Positions 50,302 to 60,200 are shown, counted from the first letter of the stretch. The stretch: DNA of 64,000 nt from Terriglobia bacterium (GCA_963748015.1 CAVVHE010000008.1:544001-608000); one strand, 5' to 3'. The notes: generated by a model not told the origin, from the sequence alone. Program-made: numbers and translations.

Positions 50302-51807
50302 GTGTCCGAACGACCGCGGATCGTGCTGACCGGGGCCGCCGGGTTCCTGGGGCGCCGATTGCTTCGGCGCCTGCGCTCGACCCACCACGTGATCGCTATC
50401 GACCGCCAGCCGCGGGCCGATCCCGATTTTTCCGATCATCCGAACGTCGAGTGGCACCCGATCGACCTGGCCGACCCGGGCGCGGTCGAGGAGACCTTCG
50501 ACGCGATCGGCCGCGGGGGAGGGGCGGAATACCTGGTCCACCTCGCGGCCTGGTACGACTTCACGGGCCAGGACAACCTCGAATACGAGCGGACCAACGT
50601 CCTAGGGACGAGGCTCGTCCTCGAACGCGCGGAGGGGCTCGGCCTGCGCCTCTTCGTCTTCGCCAGCTCGGTGGCCGCGTGCGGTTTCTCTTCTCCGGGA
50701 CGGCCCATCACCGAGGAGACCCTTCCCCACGGCGAGCACGTCTACGCGGCGACGAAGCGGAAAGGGGAGGAGATGTTGCGGGACCGCGCCCGCCGCCTCC
50801 GCTCCTGCATCGTACGCTTCGCGGCCCTCTACTCCGACTGGTCCGAGTACCCGCCGCTCCACGCCTTCCTCGAGACGTGGCTCTCGAGCCGGTGGAACGC
50901 GAGGATCCTCGGCGGCGCGGGAGCGTCCGCGGTCCCTTTCCTCCACGTGAGGGATGCGGCATCGTTCGTCCTCAGGGCGCTCGCACTGGCGGACGACCTC
51001 GAGCCCGCCGAGGTCCTCCTCGCGAGCCCCGACGGCGCCGTCACGCACCGGGAGCTGTTCGAGGCGGCGACGTCGTACCGCTTCGGCGCGCCGCGGACCC
51101 CGCTCATGGTCCCGAAACCCCTCGCCCGCGTGGGGATGTGGGGCCGGGACCTCGTCGGCCGCCTTCGCGGCGAGCGCCCGTTCGAGCAGCCGTGGATGGC
51201 CGACTACATCGACAAGAGGATGGAGGTGGACGCGAGCCGCACCCGCAGGCGCCTCGGCTGGGCGCCCCGCGCGCGCCTCGAGATCCTCAACCGGATCCCG
51301 TTCCTGGTGGAGAACCGCGAGACCGATCCGATGGAGTGGTACCGCCGGAACCGCGAGGCGCTCGCGCACCTCGAGCTGCGTCCCAGCTTCCGTATCTACC
51401 GCCTCCTGCTCAAGCACGAGCCGGAGATCGCGCGGCGGTACGCCGGCGAGCTGTCCGGAGAGGGCGAGGGCGCCGGGATGCCCGGGTACGGCGGCCTGCC
51501 GGCGGACGAGCGGGAGTGGATCGCGCGCCTCGCCGTCCACAACCTCGCCCAGGCGGTCCGAGCGGGAGAGAAGCGCTCCTTCATGAGCTATTGCCGAGAC
51601 TTCGCCGAGCGGCGGGCGCAGCAGGGGTTCCGGGCCGCGGAAGTGGTGCACGCGATCCGCTCGCTCGAGCGGATCTGCCTCGAGACGCTGAAGCGGGACC
51701 CCGAGGCGGCCGGTCTCGACCGCGCGCTGCGCGACTACGTGAGCATGACCCTCGAGTTCGGCATCGACCAGGTGATCGAGGCCTACGAGGACGCCGCGGC
51801 CGGCTAG
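50302..51807 (+). CDS. NAD-dependent epimerase/dehydratase (extended SDR) with a C-terminal RsbRD_N-like helical domain
   Basis: TGAAGFLG, HLAA, NVLGT and YAATK motifs. The last ~140 aa contain FAERRAQQGFRAAEV. Confidence 0.85.
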   Translation: MSERPRIVLTGAAGFLGRRLLRRLRSTHHVIAIDRQPRADPDFSDHPNVEWHPIDLADPGAVEETFDAIGRGGGAEYLVHLAAWYDFTGQDNLEYERTNVLGTRLVLERAEGLGLRLFVFASSVAACGFSSPGRPITEETLPHGEHVYAATKRKGEEMLRDRARRLRSCIVRFAALYSDWSEYPPLHAFLETWLSSRWNARILGGAGASAVPFLHVRDAASFVLRALALADDLEPAEVLLASPDGAVTHRELFEAATSYRFGAPRTPLMVPKPLARVGMWGRDLVGRLRGERPFEQPWMADYIDKRMEVDASRTRRRLGWAPRARLEILNRIPFLVENRETDPMEWYRRNREALAHLELRPSFRIYRLLLKHEPEIARRYAGELSGEGEGAGMPGYGGLPADEREWIARLAVHNLAQAVRAGEKRSFMSYCRDFAERRAQQGFRAAEVVHAIRSLERICLETLKRDPEAAGLDRALRDYVSMTLEFGIDQVIEAYEDAAAG

Positions 51808-51810
51808 ACT

Positions 51811-52812
51811 TCAGTTCGCCGCGTACACCACGAAATACTGCTCCGGGAGGAAGTCGAACGCCTTGACCGGCTTCAGCCCCCCGGCGGCCATGTCCGCGTC
51901 CACGCTCTCTCGCGACATCTGCTGCTCCGGGGGCGGCCCCCAAGGCCTCTCCTCGAACGGCTTCGGGATGTAGTCGATGATCACGAGCCGGCCGCCGGGG
52001 GCGAGCCCCGCGCGGAGCTTCTTCGCGTACTCGCCGCGGTTCTGCACGTAGTGGAGGGTGTCCACCATCAGGATCGTGTCCACCCCGCCGGGCGGGAGCT
52101 GCGGGTCGTCCTTCGAGACCTTCAGGAACTTCACGTTCGCGAGCTTCTCCGCCTTCACCCTCTTGTCGAGGTGCTCGAGCATCTCCGGGGCGATGTCCGC
52201 CGCGATGACGCTGCCCGCCGGGCCCACGGCTCTCGCGACGCGGACCGTGAAGTAGCCCGATCCCGCGCCGACGTCCGCCACGCGCTCGCCGGGCTTGAAC
52301 GCCAGGGCGCTCATGACCCGGTCGGGCTTCTGGAAGTCCTCGCGCTCCGGCCGCTCGAGCATCGCGATGTAGCTGCGCGCCCAGACCGCGCGGTAGATCC
52401 CCTTGAAGCGGTCCTCGTCCTTGATGCTCTTGAACGCGTCGTCCTTGCGCATCCTGAAGGAGTCCGGGAAGCCCGCGTCGGCCGCCCGCTGCAGCGCCTC
52501 GTAGGCCTCGTCTTTCCGGCCGAGGAGGCACTTCGCGCGCGCGATGTCGTAGAGCGCCTCGAAGTGGGACGCCTCGACCGCCTCGGCCCGCTTCTCGGCA
52601 AGCTCGAGAGCGAGGGTGAAGTTGCCGGCTTTGAACGCCTCCTCCGAGGCCTTCTCGAGCTTGCCGAGGTCCGGTGCCACGGCATCGCCCGCCCACGATG
52701 CGGTGGCCGCCGCGATCATCACGATCGCGACCGCGAGTCCCGGAAGGAGCCCGGCGCTCCCCCGCACCCTGCCCGAAACCGTCCCGAAGTACTCCGTCGT
52801 CGTGCGTCTCAT
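51811..52812 (-). CDS. Exported class I SAM methyltransferase with an N-terminal TPR-like domain
   Basis: Signal-like stretch, YDIARAKCLLG TPR, REDFQKPDRV, VADVGAGSGYF and LAPGGRLVIID motifs. Confidence 0.88.
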   Translation of the reverse strand: MRRTTTEYFGTVSGRVRGSAGLLPGLAVAIVMIAAATASWAGDAVAPDLGKLEKASEEAFKAGNFTLALELAEKRAEAVEASHFEALYDIARAKCLLGRKDEAYEALQRAADAGFPDSFRMRKDDAFKSIKDEDRFKGIYRAVWARSYIAMLERPEREDFQKPDRVMSALAFKPGERVADVGAGSGYFTVRVARAVGPAGSVIAADIAPEMLEHLDKRVKAEKLANVKFLKVSKDDPQLPPGGVDTILMVDTLHYVQNRGEYAKKLRAGLAPGGRLVIIDYIPKPFEERPWGPPPEQQMSRESVDADMAAGGLKPVKAFDFLPEQYFVVYAAN

Positions 52813-52921
52813 GGTGTCGCCTCCGGTTCGAGGGCATCCGCCCGGCCGGGGGATTCCCGGCGCCATTGGATACGGGAGCCTCCTTCCGTGGTTGCACCTC
52901 GGCCGGTCGTGGCCCCGGGGC

Positions 52922-54415
52922 TCAGCCCGGCCGGCCCAGCCAGGGGGGACGGCGGTTCGCGTAGAACCGGCTCAGGGCGCGGGCACGGCCCACCTGGTAG
53001 GCGACCGCCGTCCCGATGAGCAGGATGGCGAGCACGAAGTACGCGTGACGATCCGCGTTGCGGGGGATGATCGCCTGCAGGGCGACGCGCCGGTAGTAGA
53101 AGTCCGCGACCAGCACGAGGTACGAGGCGACGGCCGCGGCCGTCGTGAACGCGACGACGCGGACACGGAGCCAGAGGCCGGACGCGACGACGAGGAGCGG
53201 GTAGAGGACGACCAGCGGGCTCGCGACCCCGTCGGCGAGGAGCAGGACCGTCGTCGTGCCCGCGACGTCCACGGCGCCCCAGGCGAGGATTCCGGCGAGC
53301 TCCCACCGCTCCCGCTTCAAGACCTGCTGGCAGCCGACCGACGCCGAGGCCCAGGCCAGCAGCACCAGCGACACGTCGCGGTGCCACTCGAGCGGGATCG
53401 TGCGGAACACGTGGTAGTTCGCCAGCTCCATCGCGTAGAAGACCGCCATGCCCGCGAGGTGCAGCGCGAGCGGCGGCTCGCGGCGGGACCACCGCGTGAC
53501 ACGCCGGACCGGTCCGGGAGGACGGGCCTCCACGGGCTCCCCCGCGAGGAACCGGTCGAGGTCCTCGCCCAGGGCGGCGGCCGACGGGTAGCGATCGTGG
53601 AGCGACTTCGCGAGGGAGCGCAGGCAGATCCACTCGAGATCGCGCGGCACTCGGCGGTTCAGCGCCCTCGGCGGGGGCGGGTCCTGCTCGATGACCTGGA
53701 CCAGCGTGTCCATCGCGGTCTCGGCGAGGAACGGGGGGCTTCCGGTCAGCAGCTCGTAGAGGATCGCGCCGAGGCTGTACACGTCGCTGCGCGGGCCGAC
53801 GTCGCGGAGCCGCCCCGCGGCCTGCTCGGGAGACATGTAGCACGGCGTGCCGGCGACCACGCTCGTGCGGGTAAGCGAAGCGTCGCCGAAGGCCTTCGCC
53901 AGGCCGAAGTCGGTCACGTAGGGCCGGCCCGCCTCGTCGAGGAGGATGTTCCCCGGCTTGAGGTCGCGGTGGACGACGCCGTGGCGATGGAGGTGCTCGA
54001 GCGCGCCCGCGATCACGCGGACCAAGCTCGCGGCGTCACGGATCCGCGGCCTCTCCGCGGCGATGGCGGCGGCGAGACTCCGGCCCCGCACGTACTCCAT
54101 CGCGATGTAGGGTTGGCCGCCGATCTCTCCCGTGTCGAAGATCTTGACGATGCCCGGGTGGGAGAGTCCCGCCGCGGAGCGCGCCTCGGCCTGGAACTTC
54201 CTCACCTCGTCGGGAGACGCGAACGGCCCGGAGAGGACGAGCTTCAGGGCCACCTCGCGGTCGAGCCGCTTCTGGCGCGCGCGGTAGACGACCCCCATCC
54301 CTCCGCGCCCGATCTCCCCGAGGAGCTCGTACTCGCCGAACTCGCGCGCGGGAAGGGGCGCGCCGGGCGGCTCCGCCGCGCCCTCGCCCGGTCCGGACGT
54401 GATCGTCGGATCCAT
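52922..54415 (-). CDS. Hanks-type Ser/Thr protein kinase with C-terminal TM segments
   Basis: GRGGMGVV, VALK, HRDLKPGN, DFG and GTPCYMSPEQ motifs; several C-terminal TM helices. Confidence 0.95.
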   Translation of the reverse strand: MDPTITSGPGEGAAEPPGAPLPAREFGEYELLGEIGRGGMGVVYRARQKRLDREVALKLVLSGPFASPDEVRKFQAEARSAAGLSHPGIVKIFDTGEIGGQPYIAMEYVRGRSLAAAIAAERPRIRDAASLVRVIAGALEHLHRHGVVHRDLKPGNILLDEAGRPYVTDFGLAKAFGDASLTRTSVVAGTPCYMSPEQAAGRLRDVGPRSDVYSLGAILYELLTGSPPFLAETAMDTLVQVIEQDPPPPRALNRRVPRDLEWICLRSLAKSLHDRYPSAAALGEDLDRFLAGEPVEARPPGPVRRVTRWSRREPPLALHLAGMAVFYAMELANYHVFRTIPLEWHRDVSLVLLAWASASVGCQQVLKRERWELAGILAWGAVDVAGTTTVLLLADGVASPLVVLYPLLVVASGLWLRVRVVAFTTAAAVASYLVLVADFYYRRVALQAIIPRNADRHAYFVLAILLIGTAVAYQVGRARALSRFYANRRPPWLGRPG

Positions 54416-54447
54416 GCACCGCCCCCCGCGAGGACCGCTCGCGCGCG

Positions 54448-55842
54448 TTACCCGAGGATACCCGAATCCGACTCCAGGAGACGCGCCGGCACGGTCGCCG
54501 GGCGCGCGGAGCGGGCGGGATTCCTCCCGACGATCCCTTCGCGACGGTTGTCGTAGCGGTAGGTCAGGCCCAGCCGCAGGCCGACCCAGGCCGCCGCGGG
54601 GCCGAGGGCGAAGAACGAGCGGGCGAAGCGGAGCAGGATCCGGTCGAGGCGGTAGAAGCTGGCGTAGAGCCAGTCCGCGCCGTCCTGCAGCTCCCGCGGC
54701 GTCATGCGAGCCGGCCGGATCACGCAGTGCCGGAAATCGTAGTGGCGGTAGTCGCGGTCGAGAACGCGCCCCTGCCTCTCGAACGCGTCGTAAAGCGGCG
54801 TGCCGGGCAGCGGCGTCATCACGTTGACCTGGACGGCGTCGATGCGGGCCCGCTCCAGGAATCGAAGCGTCCGCTCGAAGGTGCCGGTGTCGTCGCCGTC
54901 CATTCCCACGATCATCCCGGCGACGATACCGATCCCCGCCTTGCGGATGGCGGCGATCCTGCGCAGGTAACCGCCGCTGTCGTTGAACCCTTTCTCGACC
55001 GCGTCGAGGTTCTCGGCGCTCAGGGTCTCGATGCCGATGAAGAGGCCGACGCACCCCGCCTGCCTCGCCAGTCGCAGCAGGGCCGGGTCATCCGCGATCT
55101 CGAGGGAGCACTGCCCCACCCAGCGCTTCCGCAGGGGGGCCATGGCGCGAAAGAGCGCGCGGGCGTACTCGGGGTCGCGGACGATGTTGTCGTCCACGAA
55201 CATGAAATCGCGCGGGACGCCCTCGAGCTCGTCGAGGACCCGGTCGAGAGGACGGCTCCGGTGCCGCCCGCCGTGGAAGGCGGTGATCGAGCAGTACCGG
55301 CAGGCGTGGGAGCAGCCGCGGCCGGTCTCGACCGCGTGGACCGTCGCGTAGTGCCGCGCCGTGCGCTCGGTCAGCTCTCGGCGGGGGACCGGGATCTCCG
55401 ACGGGTCGCAGGGGCCGGGCCGCCGGTAGATCTTCCTCAGCCTCCCCGCCTCGATGTCCTCGAGGACCTCGGGCCAGCTCCCCTCCGCCTCGCCGGCGAC
55501 GACGGCGTCGAAGTGGGCCGCGGCCTCCTCCGGGCGGAACGTCGGATGGTAGCCGCCCGCGACGACGATCTTCCCCCGAGCGCGGAACGCGCCGGCGATC
55601 TCGTACGCGCGGGGGGCGAGGGCCGTCATGAACGTGATCCCGACCACGTCCACGTCGGCGTCGAGGTCGAGGGGCTCGACGTTCTCGTCGCAAAGGGCCA
55701 CCTCGTGCCGCCGCGGGGTGAGCGCCGCCACCGTGGTGAGCGGGAGAACGCTGAAGCGGAGCATGTTCCGCCTCGGAACGCGCCGGGTCTCCCCGGTGAC
55801 GCGGACCGCCTCGGCGGCGGGAAGGACCAGCAGGATCTTCAT
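54448..55842 (-). CDS. B12-binding domain radical SAM protein
   Basis: GGYHPT...VAGEAEG cobalamin-binding region, RGCSHACRYCS, FVDDN and TPLPGTP motifs. Confidence 0.93.
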   Translation of the reverse strand: MKILLVLPAAEAVRVTGETRRVPRRNMLRFSVLPLTTVAALTPRRHEVALCDENVEPLDLDADVDVVGITFMTALAPRAYEIAGAFRARGKIVVAGGYHPTFRPEEAAAHFDAVVAGEAEGSWPEVLEDIEAGRLRKIYRRPGPCDPSEIPVPRRELTERTARHYATVHAVETGRGCSHACRYCSITAFHGGRHRSRPLDRVLDELEGVPRDFMFVDDNIVRDPEYARALFRAMAPLRKRWVGQCSLEIADDPALLRLARQAGCVGLFIGIETLSAENLDAVEKGFNDSGGYLRRIAAIRKAGIGIVAGMIVGMDGDDTGTFERTLRFLERARIDAVQVNVMTPLPGTPLYDAFERQGRVLDRDYRHYDFRHCVIRPARMTPRELQDGADWLYASFYRLDRILLRFARSFFALGPAAAWVGLRLGLTYRYDNRREGIVGRNPARSARPATVPARLLESDSGILG

Positions 55843-55868
55843 GGCGTGCCTCGCTCCCCCGGTGGGGC

Positions 55869-55897
55869 ATTGTGTAAGTATATACTTACATTTTGAA
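55869..55897 (-). promoter_or_regulatory. Promoter with TetR operator (perfect 18-bp palindrome)
   Basis: TTCAAA-N17-CACAAT with TGTAAGTATATACTTACA (55873-55890) covering the spacer. Confidence 0.75.
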
Positions 55898-55913
55898 GAA
55901 AAAAAAGAGGCGC

Positions 55914-56504
55914 TCACGGCGCACCCCCATCCAGCAGGAGCCGCCCCCCCTCTTCGATGAGCCGAGCGCGGCGCCCGGCGGGGAAGAGGCCGATCTCGCG
56001 GCCGACCATCGCGATCGTGCCCAGGCCGACCAGCGCCCAGGCCACCAGCTCCGCGTCGGGGCCGCGGGGACCCCCGGCGAGCTTGCGGTGGGATTCGATG
56101 CGGCGCCGGATCCAGCGCTCGAACCGCCGGTAGGTGCCCTTGAGGTGCTCCCGGATCTCGGGATCGTCCGTCTCGGACAGCCCCGCGAAGAGGATGCGGT
56201 GCAGCCCGAGCTCGCCGAGGTGGCGCGACTCGTAGGCCAGCAGGCGGGTGGCGGCCGTTCCTTCCGGCCCCCCGGCCGCCTGCTCCTCCCAGATCTTCAC
56301 CGACCGGTCGTAGACGTAGCGCATGGCCGCGAGGAACATGGCCTTCTTGTCGGGCCAGAGGCGATAGAGGACGTTCTCGCGCACGCCGCAGAGCTTCGCC
56401 AGCGTCGCGGTCGTCGTGCGTCGGTAGCCGAGCCGGGCGAAGGCCTCCGCCACGATCGGCAGGAACGCCTCGCGCTTCTCGGCGGTCAGGTCGGGTCGTG
56501 CCAT
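55914..56504 (-). CDS. TetR family regulator
   Basis: AEAFARLGYRRTTTATLAKLCGVRENVLYRLWPDKKAMF helix-turn-helix. Confidence 0.9.
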   Translation of the reverse strand: MARPDLTAEKREAFLPIVAEAFARLGYRRTTTATLAKLCGVRENVLYRLWPDKKAMFLAAMRYVYDRSVKIWEEQAAGGPEGTAATRLLAYESRHLGELGLHRILFAGLSETDDPEIREHLKGTYRRFERWIRRRIESHRKLAGGPRGPDAELVAWALVGLGTIAMVGREIGLFPAGRRARLIEEGGRLLLDGGAP

Positions 56505-56520
56505 CGGATCGCCTCCCGGT

Positions 56521-56569
56521 ATTATGTAAGCAATCACTTACATAATACGCCGCGCCGGGGCCCTGTCAA
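56521..56569 (-). promoter_or_regulatory. Promoter with TetR autoregulatory operator
   Basis: TTGACA-N16-TATTAT overlapping ATTATGTAAG-caatca-CTTACATAAT (56521-56546). Confidence 0.78.
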
Positions 56570-56715
56570 GAGGAAAATGGCGAGGAGTCCCGGGGCGCCG
56601 GGACGGGCGCCCCGGCCCCTGTTTGTACCGCGCGCCCCGAGTCCCTACAATCCCCCTCCCCCTTCCAGGAGTCGTGCCGGTCTCCGAGTCCTCGGGGGTG
56701 GAACGGGAGCGCAAG

Positions 56716-57867
56716 GTGAAGCGAATCGCGGTGCTCGGCGGCGGGATGGTGGGCGGGTTCATGGCGCGGGAGCTCGCGCGGGCGGGCGGGTTCGCCGTGG
56801 TGCTCCACGACCGCGATCCCCACGCCCTCGCGCGATCGGCGCGGGCGGCCGGGATCGAGGTCAAGGAGACGGACCTCGCGCGCCGGGAGGCGGTCGCGAA
56901 GGCCGCGGCGGAGGCCGACCTCGTCGTCGGCGCCGTTCCGGGACACCTCGGCTTCGAGACCGCCCGGACGGTGATCGAGGCGGGGCGCAACCTCGTGGAC
57001 ATCTCTTTCTTCCCGGAGGATGCCTATGCGCTCGACGCCGCGGCGCGGGCGCGGGGGGTCACCGCCGTCGTGGACTGCGGCGTCATGCCGGGGCTCGGCG
57101 GCATGCTCGGCCTCCGCATGGCGGCGGAGCTGGATCGCGCGGATCGCGTCACGATTCTCGTCGGCGGGCTCCCCGTGGAGCGGCGCTGGCCGATGGAGTA
57201 CAAGGCGCCGTTCTCTCCGATCGACGTCATCGAGGAGTACGTGAGGCCCGCGCGGTTCCGCCTGAACGGCGAAACGGTGACCCGGCCGGCGCTGAGCGAT
57301 CCGGAGCTGGTGGACTTTCCCGGCATCGGCACGCTCGAGGCGTTCAACACAGACGGCCTCAGGACGCTCCTGACCACCTGCGACGTTCCGGAGCTCCGGG
57401 AGAAGACCCTTCGCTACCCCGGGCACGTCGAAAAGATGCGGATGCTCCGCGATCTCGGTTTCTTCTCCGAGGAGCCGCTCGACACCGAGGACGCGAAGGT
57501 CCGGCCCATCGCCGTCACCGCGCAGCTGCTGTTCGGAGCCTGGCGCCTCGAGCCGGGGATGCCCGAGCTGACCGTCATGCGCGTCGAGGCGGAGGGGCTC
57601 GAGGGCGGGCGCCGCGTGATCCGCCGCGCCGACCTGATCGACCGTACCGATACGGGAACCGGGGACACCTCGATGGCCCGCACGACCGGCCTCCCGGCGG
57701 TGATCGTCGCGCGGCGGATGGCCGAGGGGGCCGCGCTCCCCGCCGGCATCGTGCCCGCCGAGCTCATCGCGCGGGACCGGCCCATGTTCGACGGGCTGAT
57801 CTCGGATCTAGCGCGCCGGGGCGTGCGGATCTCGTTCGAGACCCTGGCCTCGGCGAAGACGCCGTGA
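56716..57867 (+). CDS. Saccharopine dehydrogenase / lysine 6-dehydrogenase family protein
   Basis: IAVLGGGMVG, VDISF, DCGVMPGL, LEAFNTDGL, KTLRYPGH and SMARTTG motifs. Confidence 0.92.
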   Translation: MKRIAVLGGGMVGGFMARELARAGGFAVVLHDRDPHALARSARAAGIEVKETDLARREAVAKAAAEADLVVGAVPGHLGFETARTVIEAGRNLVDISFFPEDAYALDAAARARGVTAVVDCGVMPGLGGMLGLRMAAELDRADRVTILVGGLPVERRWPMEYKAPFSPIDVIEEYVRPARFRLNGETVTRPALSDPELVDFPGIGTLEAFNTDGLRTLLTTCDVPELREKTLRYPGHVEKMRMLRDLGFFSEEPLDTEDAKVRPIAVTAQLLFGAWRLEPGMPELTVMRVEAEGLEGGRRVIRRADLIDRTDTGTGDTSMARTTGLPAVIVARRMAEGAALPAGIVPAELIARDRPMFDGLISDLARRGVRISFETLASAKTP

Positions 57868-57952
57868 GCGTCGGCGCGTTCCTCGAGATCGGCGAATTCG
57901 GCCTCCCGCCCGGCGGCCCTGCGCCGGGCGCGGAAGAGAAAGGACTCGCGAC

Positions 57953-60022
57953 ATGAAGCGGATGGGGATGGTGCTCCTCGGGGCGCTGGTGTCTTGCGCG
58001 ACGGCGACGGGTGCGGCGGCCGACGAAGGGATGTGGACGTACGACCGGGTGCCCACGAAGCTGCTCCAGGAGCGCTACGGCTTCGCCCCGGACGCCGCGT
58101 GGCTCGACCATCTGCGGCTGTCGTCGGTGCACCTCGGCGCCAGCGCGTCGTTCGTCTCGGCCGAAGGCCTCATCCTGACGAACCACCACGTCGCGCTCGG
58201 CTCCCTGCAGCGCCTCGCGACCCCCGAGAAGAACTACGTCCGCGACGGGTTCTACGCGAAGACCCGGGCCGAGGAGATCCCGATCGCCGGCCTCACCGCC
58301 GAGGTCCTCGTCTCGATGGAGGACGTGACCGCGCGCGTGGACGGCGCGGTGAAGCCCGGATCGTCCGCCGCCGATGCGAAGGCGCAGCACGACGGCAAGA
58401 TGGCCGAGATCTCCGAGGAGTGCCGGAAGAAAACCGGGCTCAAGGGGGACGTCGTGACGCTCTTCGGCGGGGCGAAGCACGTTCTCTACCGCTACAGGCA
58501 GTACACCGACGTCCGGCTGGTCTTCGCGCCCGAGCTCTCCGCGGCGTTCTTCGGCGGCGACTACGACAACTTCACGTATCCGAGGTACGACCTCGACGTC
58601 GCCTTCATGCGGGCGTACGAGAACGGCAAGCCGGCGCGCGTCGAGCATTTCCTCGCGGTGGAAGCCAAGGGCGCGGCCGACGGGGACGCCGTGTTCGTCT
58701 CCGGCCATCCCGGGAGGACGAGCCGGCTCGACACCGTCGCGATGCTCGAGTACCGGCGCGACGTCACCTCGCCCGCCAGGCTCGCACAGCTGAGGGAGCA
58801 GCGGGCGCTGCTGAGCGCCTACGGGGCCCGCGGCCCCGAAGAGGCGCGCCGCGCGCGGACGCGCGTCTACTTCATCGAGAACTCCCTCAAGAGACTGGAG
58901 GGGGAGACCGCCGGCCTGAACGACCCGGCGCTCGTGGCGCGGAAGAAGGCGCAAGAGGGAGCGCTGCTCGCGGCGCTCGACAAGACGCCGGGACTCGGAG
59001 GGTACCGCTCGGCGTGGAGCGACCTCGCGCGGGCGATGGCCTGGGCGCGCGAGCACGAGAAGGACCGCCTGTACAAGGTGAGCTTCGGGAGCCGCACGCT
59101 GCTCGGGACCGCGATCCAGATCCTCCGCTACCCGGACGAGCTCGCGAAGCCCGACGCCGATCGCCTCGAGCGCTACCACGAGGCCCAGCTTCCCGAACTT
59201 CTCCGCGAGCTCGAGAACCCGCCGCCGGTCCACAAGGACCTCGAGGAGGTCCTCCTCGCGTGGGAGCTCCGGAGGATGCTCGAGGGGCTCGGGCCGGACG
59301 ACCCGCTCGTCCGCGCGGCCCTCGAAGGGAAGTCGCCCGAGGAGGCCGTCTCGAGCCTGCTCGCCGCGACGAAGCTCGACGACGCGGCCTCCCGCCGCGC
59401 GCTCCTCGAGAACAAGGGGAAGGCCGTCGCGGCGAGCGACGACCCGCTCCTCAAGCTCGCGCGGCGCGTGGACCCGATGCTGCGCGACGCGCAGAAGCAG
59501 TTCAGGGACCGCGTGGACGCCGTCGTGGAGGAGGGGCTCACCTCCGTCGCGCGCGCCGGCTTCGCCGCCTACGGCGACGAGAGGTACCCGGACGCCACCG
59601 GCACGCTCCGCCTCGCCTTCGGCAAGGTGGCGGGGTATCCCCTCGCGACGACCCTCGTCCCGCCGTTCACCACGTACTACGGGCTCTTCGACCGGGCGCA
59701 CGCGTTCGGCAACCGCGGCGACTTCGCGCTCCCGCCCCGCCTCGAGGCGCGCAAGGCGGACGTGGCGCTGGCCACCCCCCTCGACTTCGCGAGCACCGCC
59801 GACATCACCGGCGGCAACTCCGGGAGCCCGATCGTCAACCGGGCCGGGCGCCTCGTCGGGCTGGTCTTCGACGGCAACCAGTTCAGCCACCCGAACACGT
59901 TCGTCTACGACGAGGCCACGGCGCGCTGCGTCGCGGTGGACGTCCGCGGCATCCTCGAGGCGCTCCGCAAGATCTACGATGCCGGCGCTCTCGCGGACGA
60001 AATGGAGGCCGCGCCGCGCTGA
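57953..60022 (+). CDS. S46 family dipeptidyl-peptidase (DPP7/DPP11-like)
   Basis: Signal peptide then ADEGMW; TNHH, GGDYDNF.YPR, YPDATGTLR and DITGGNSGSP motifs. Confidence 0.96.
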   Translation: MKRMGMVLLGALVSCATATGAAADEGMWTYDRVPTKLLQERYGFAPDAAWLDHLRLSSVHLGASASFVSAEGLILTNHHVALGSLQRLATPEKNYVRDGFYAKTRAEEIPIAGLTAEVLVSMEDVTARVDGAVKPGSSAADAKAQHDGKMAEISEECRKKTGLKGDVVTLFGGAKHVLYRYRQYTDVRLVFAPELSAAFFGGDYDNFTYPRYDLDVAFMRAYENGKPARVEHFLAVEAKGAADGDAVFVSGHPGRTSRLDTVAMLEYRRDVTSPARLAQLREQRALLSAYGARGPEEARRARTRVYFIENSLKRLEGETAGLNDPALVARKKAQEGALLAALDKTPGLGGYRSAWSDLARAMAWAREHEKDRLYKVSFGSRTLLGTAIQILRYPDELAKPDADRLERYHEAQLPELLRELENPPPVHKDLEEVLLAWELRRMLEGLGPDDPLVRAALEGKSPEEAVSSLLAATKLDDAASRRALLENKGKAVAASDDPLLKLARRVDPMLRDAQKQFRDRVDAVVEEGLTSVARAGFAAYGDERYPDATGTLRLAFGKVAGYPLATTLVPPFTTYYGLFDRAHAFGNRGDFALPPRLEARKADVALATPLDFASTADITGGNSGSPIVNRAGRLVGLVFDGNQFSHPNTFVYDEATARCVAVDVRGILEALRKIYDAGALADEMEAAPR

Positions 60023-60036
60023 CGCGCCAGAGGTAC

Positions 60037-60200
60037 GCCGGGAGCCCGCGAGAGCGATCGACCCCTCGCGGCACGCTTCGGCGTTGCGCGGCGAGGGTCG
60101 CCGCGCCGCCTCGCTCCGCTCTTCGCTCGGCCGTCCAGGGAAGAGACGGCCTCGCGAAGAGAGGGCCGCGAGGGGTCGATCGCTCTCGCGGGCTCCCGGC
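60037..60200. repeat. 164-bp element bounded by perfect 36-bp inverted repeats (MITE/REPIN-like)
   Basis: GCCGGGAGCCCGCGAGAGCGATCGACCCCTCGCGGC (60037-60072) and its reverse complement (60165-60200), with internal hairpins. Confidence 0.85.
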
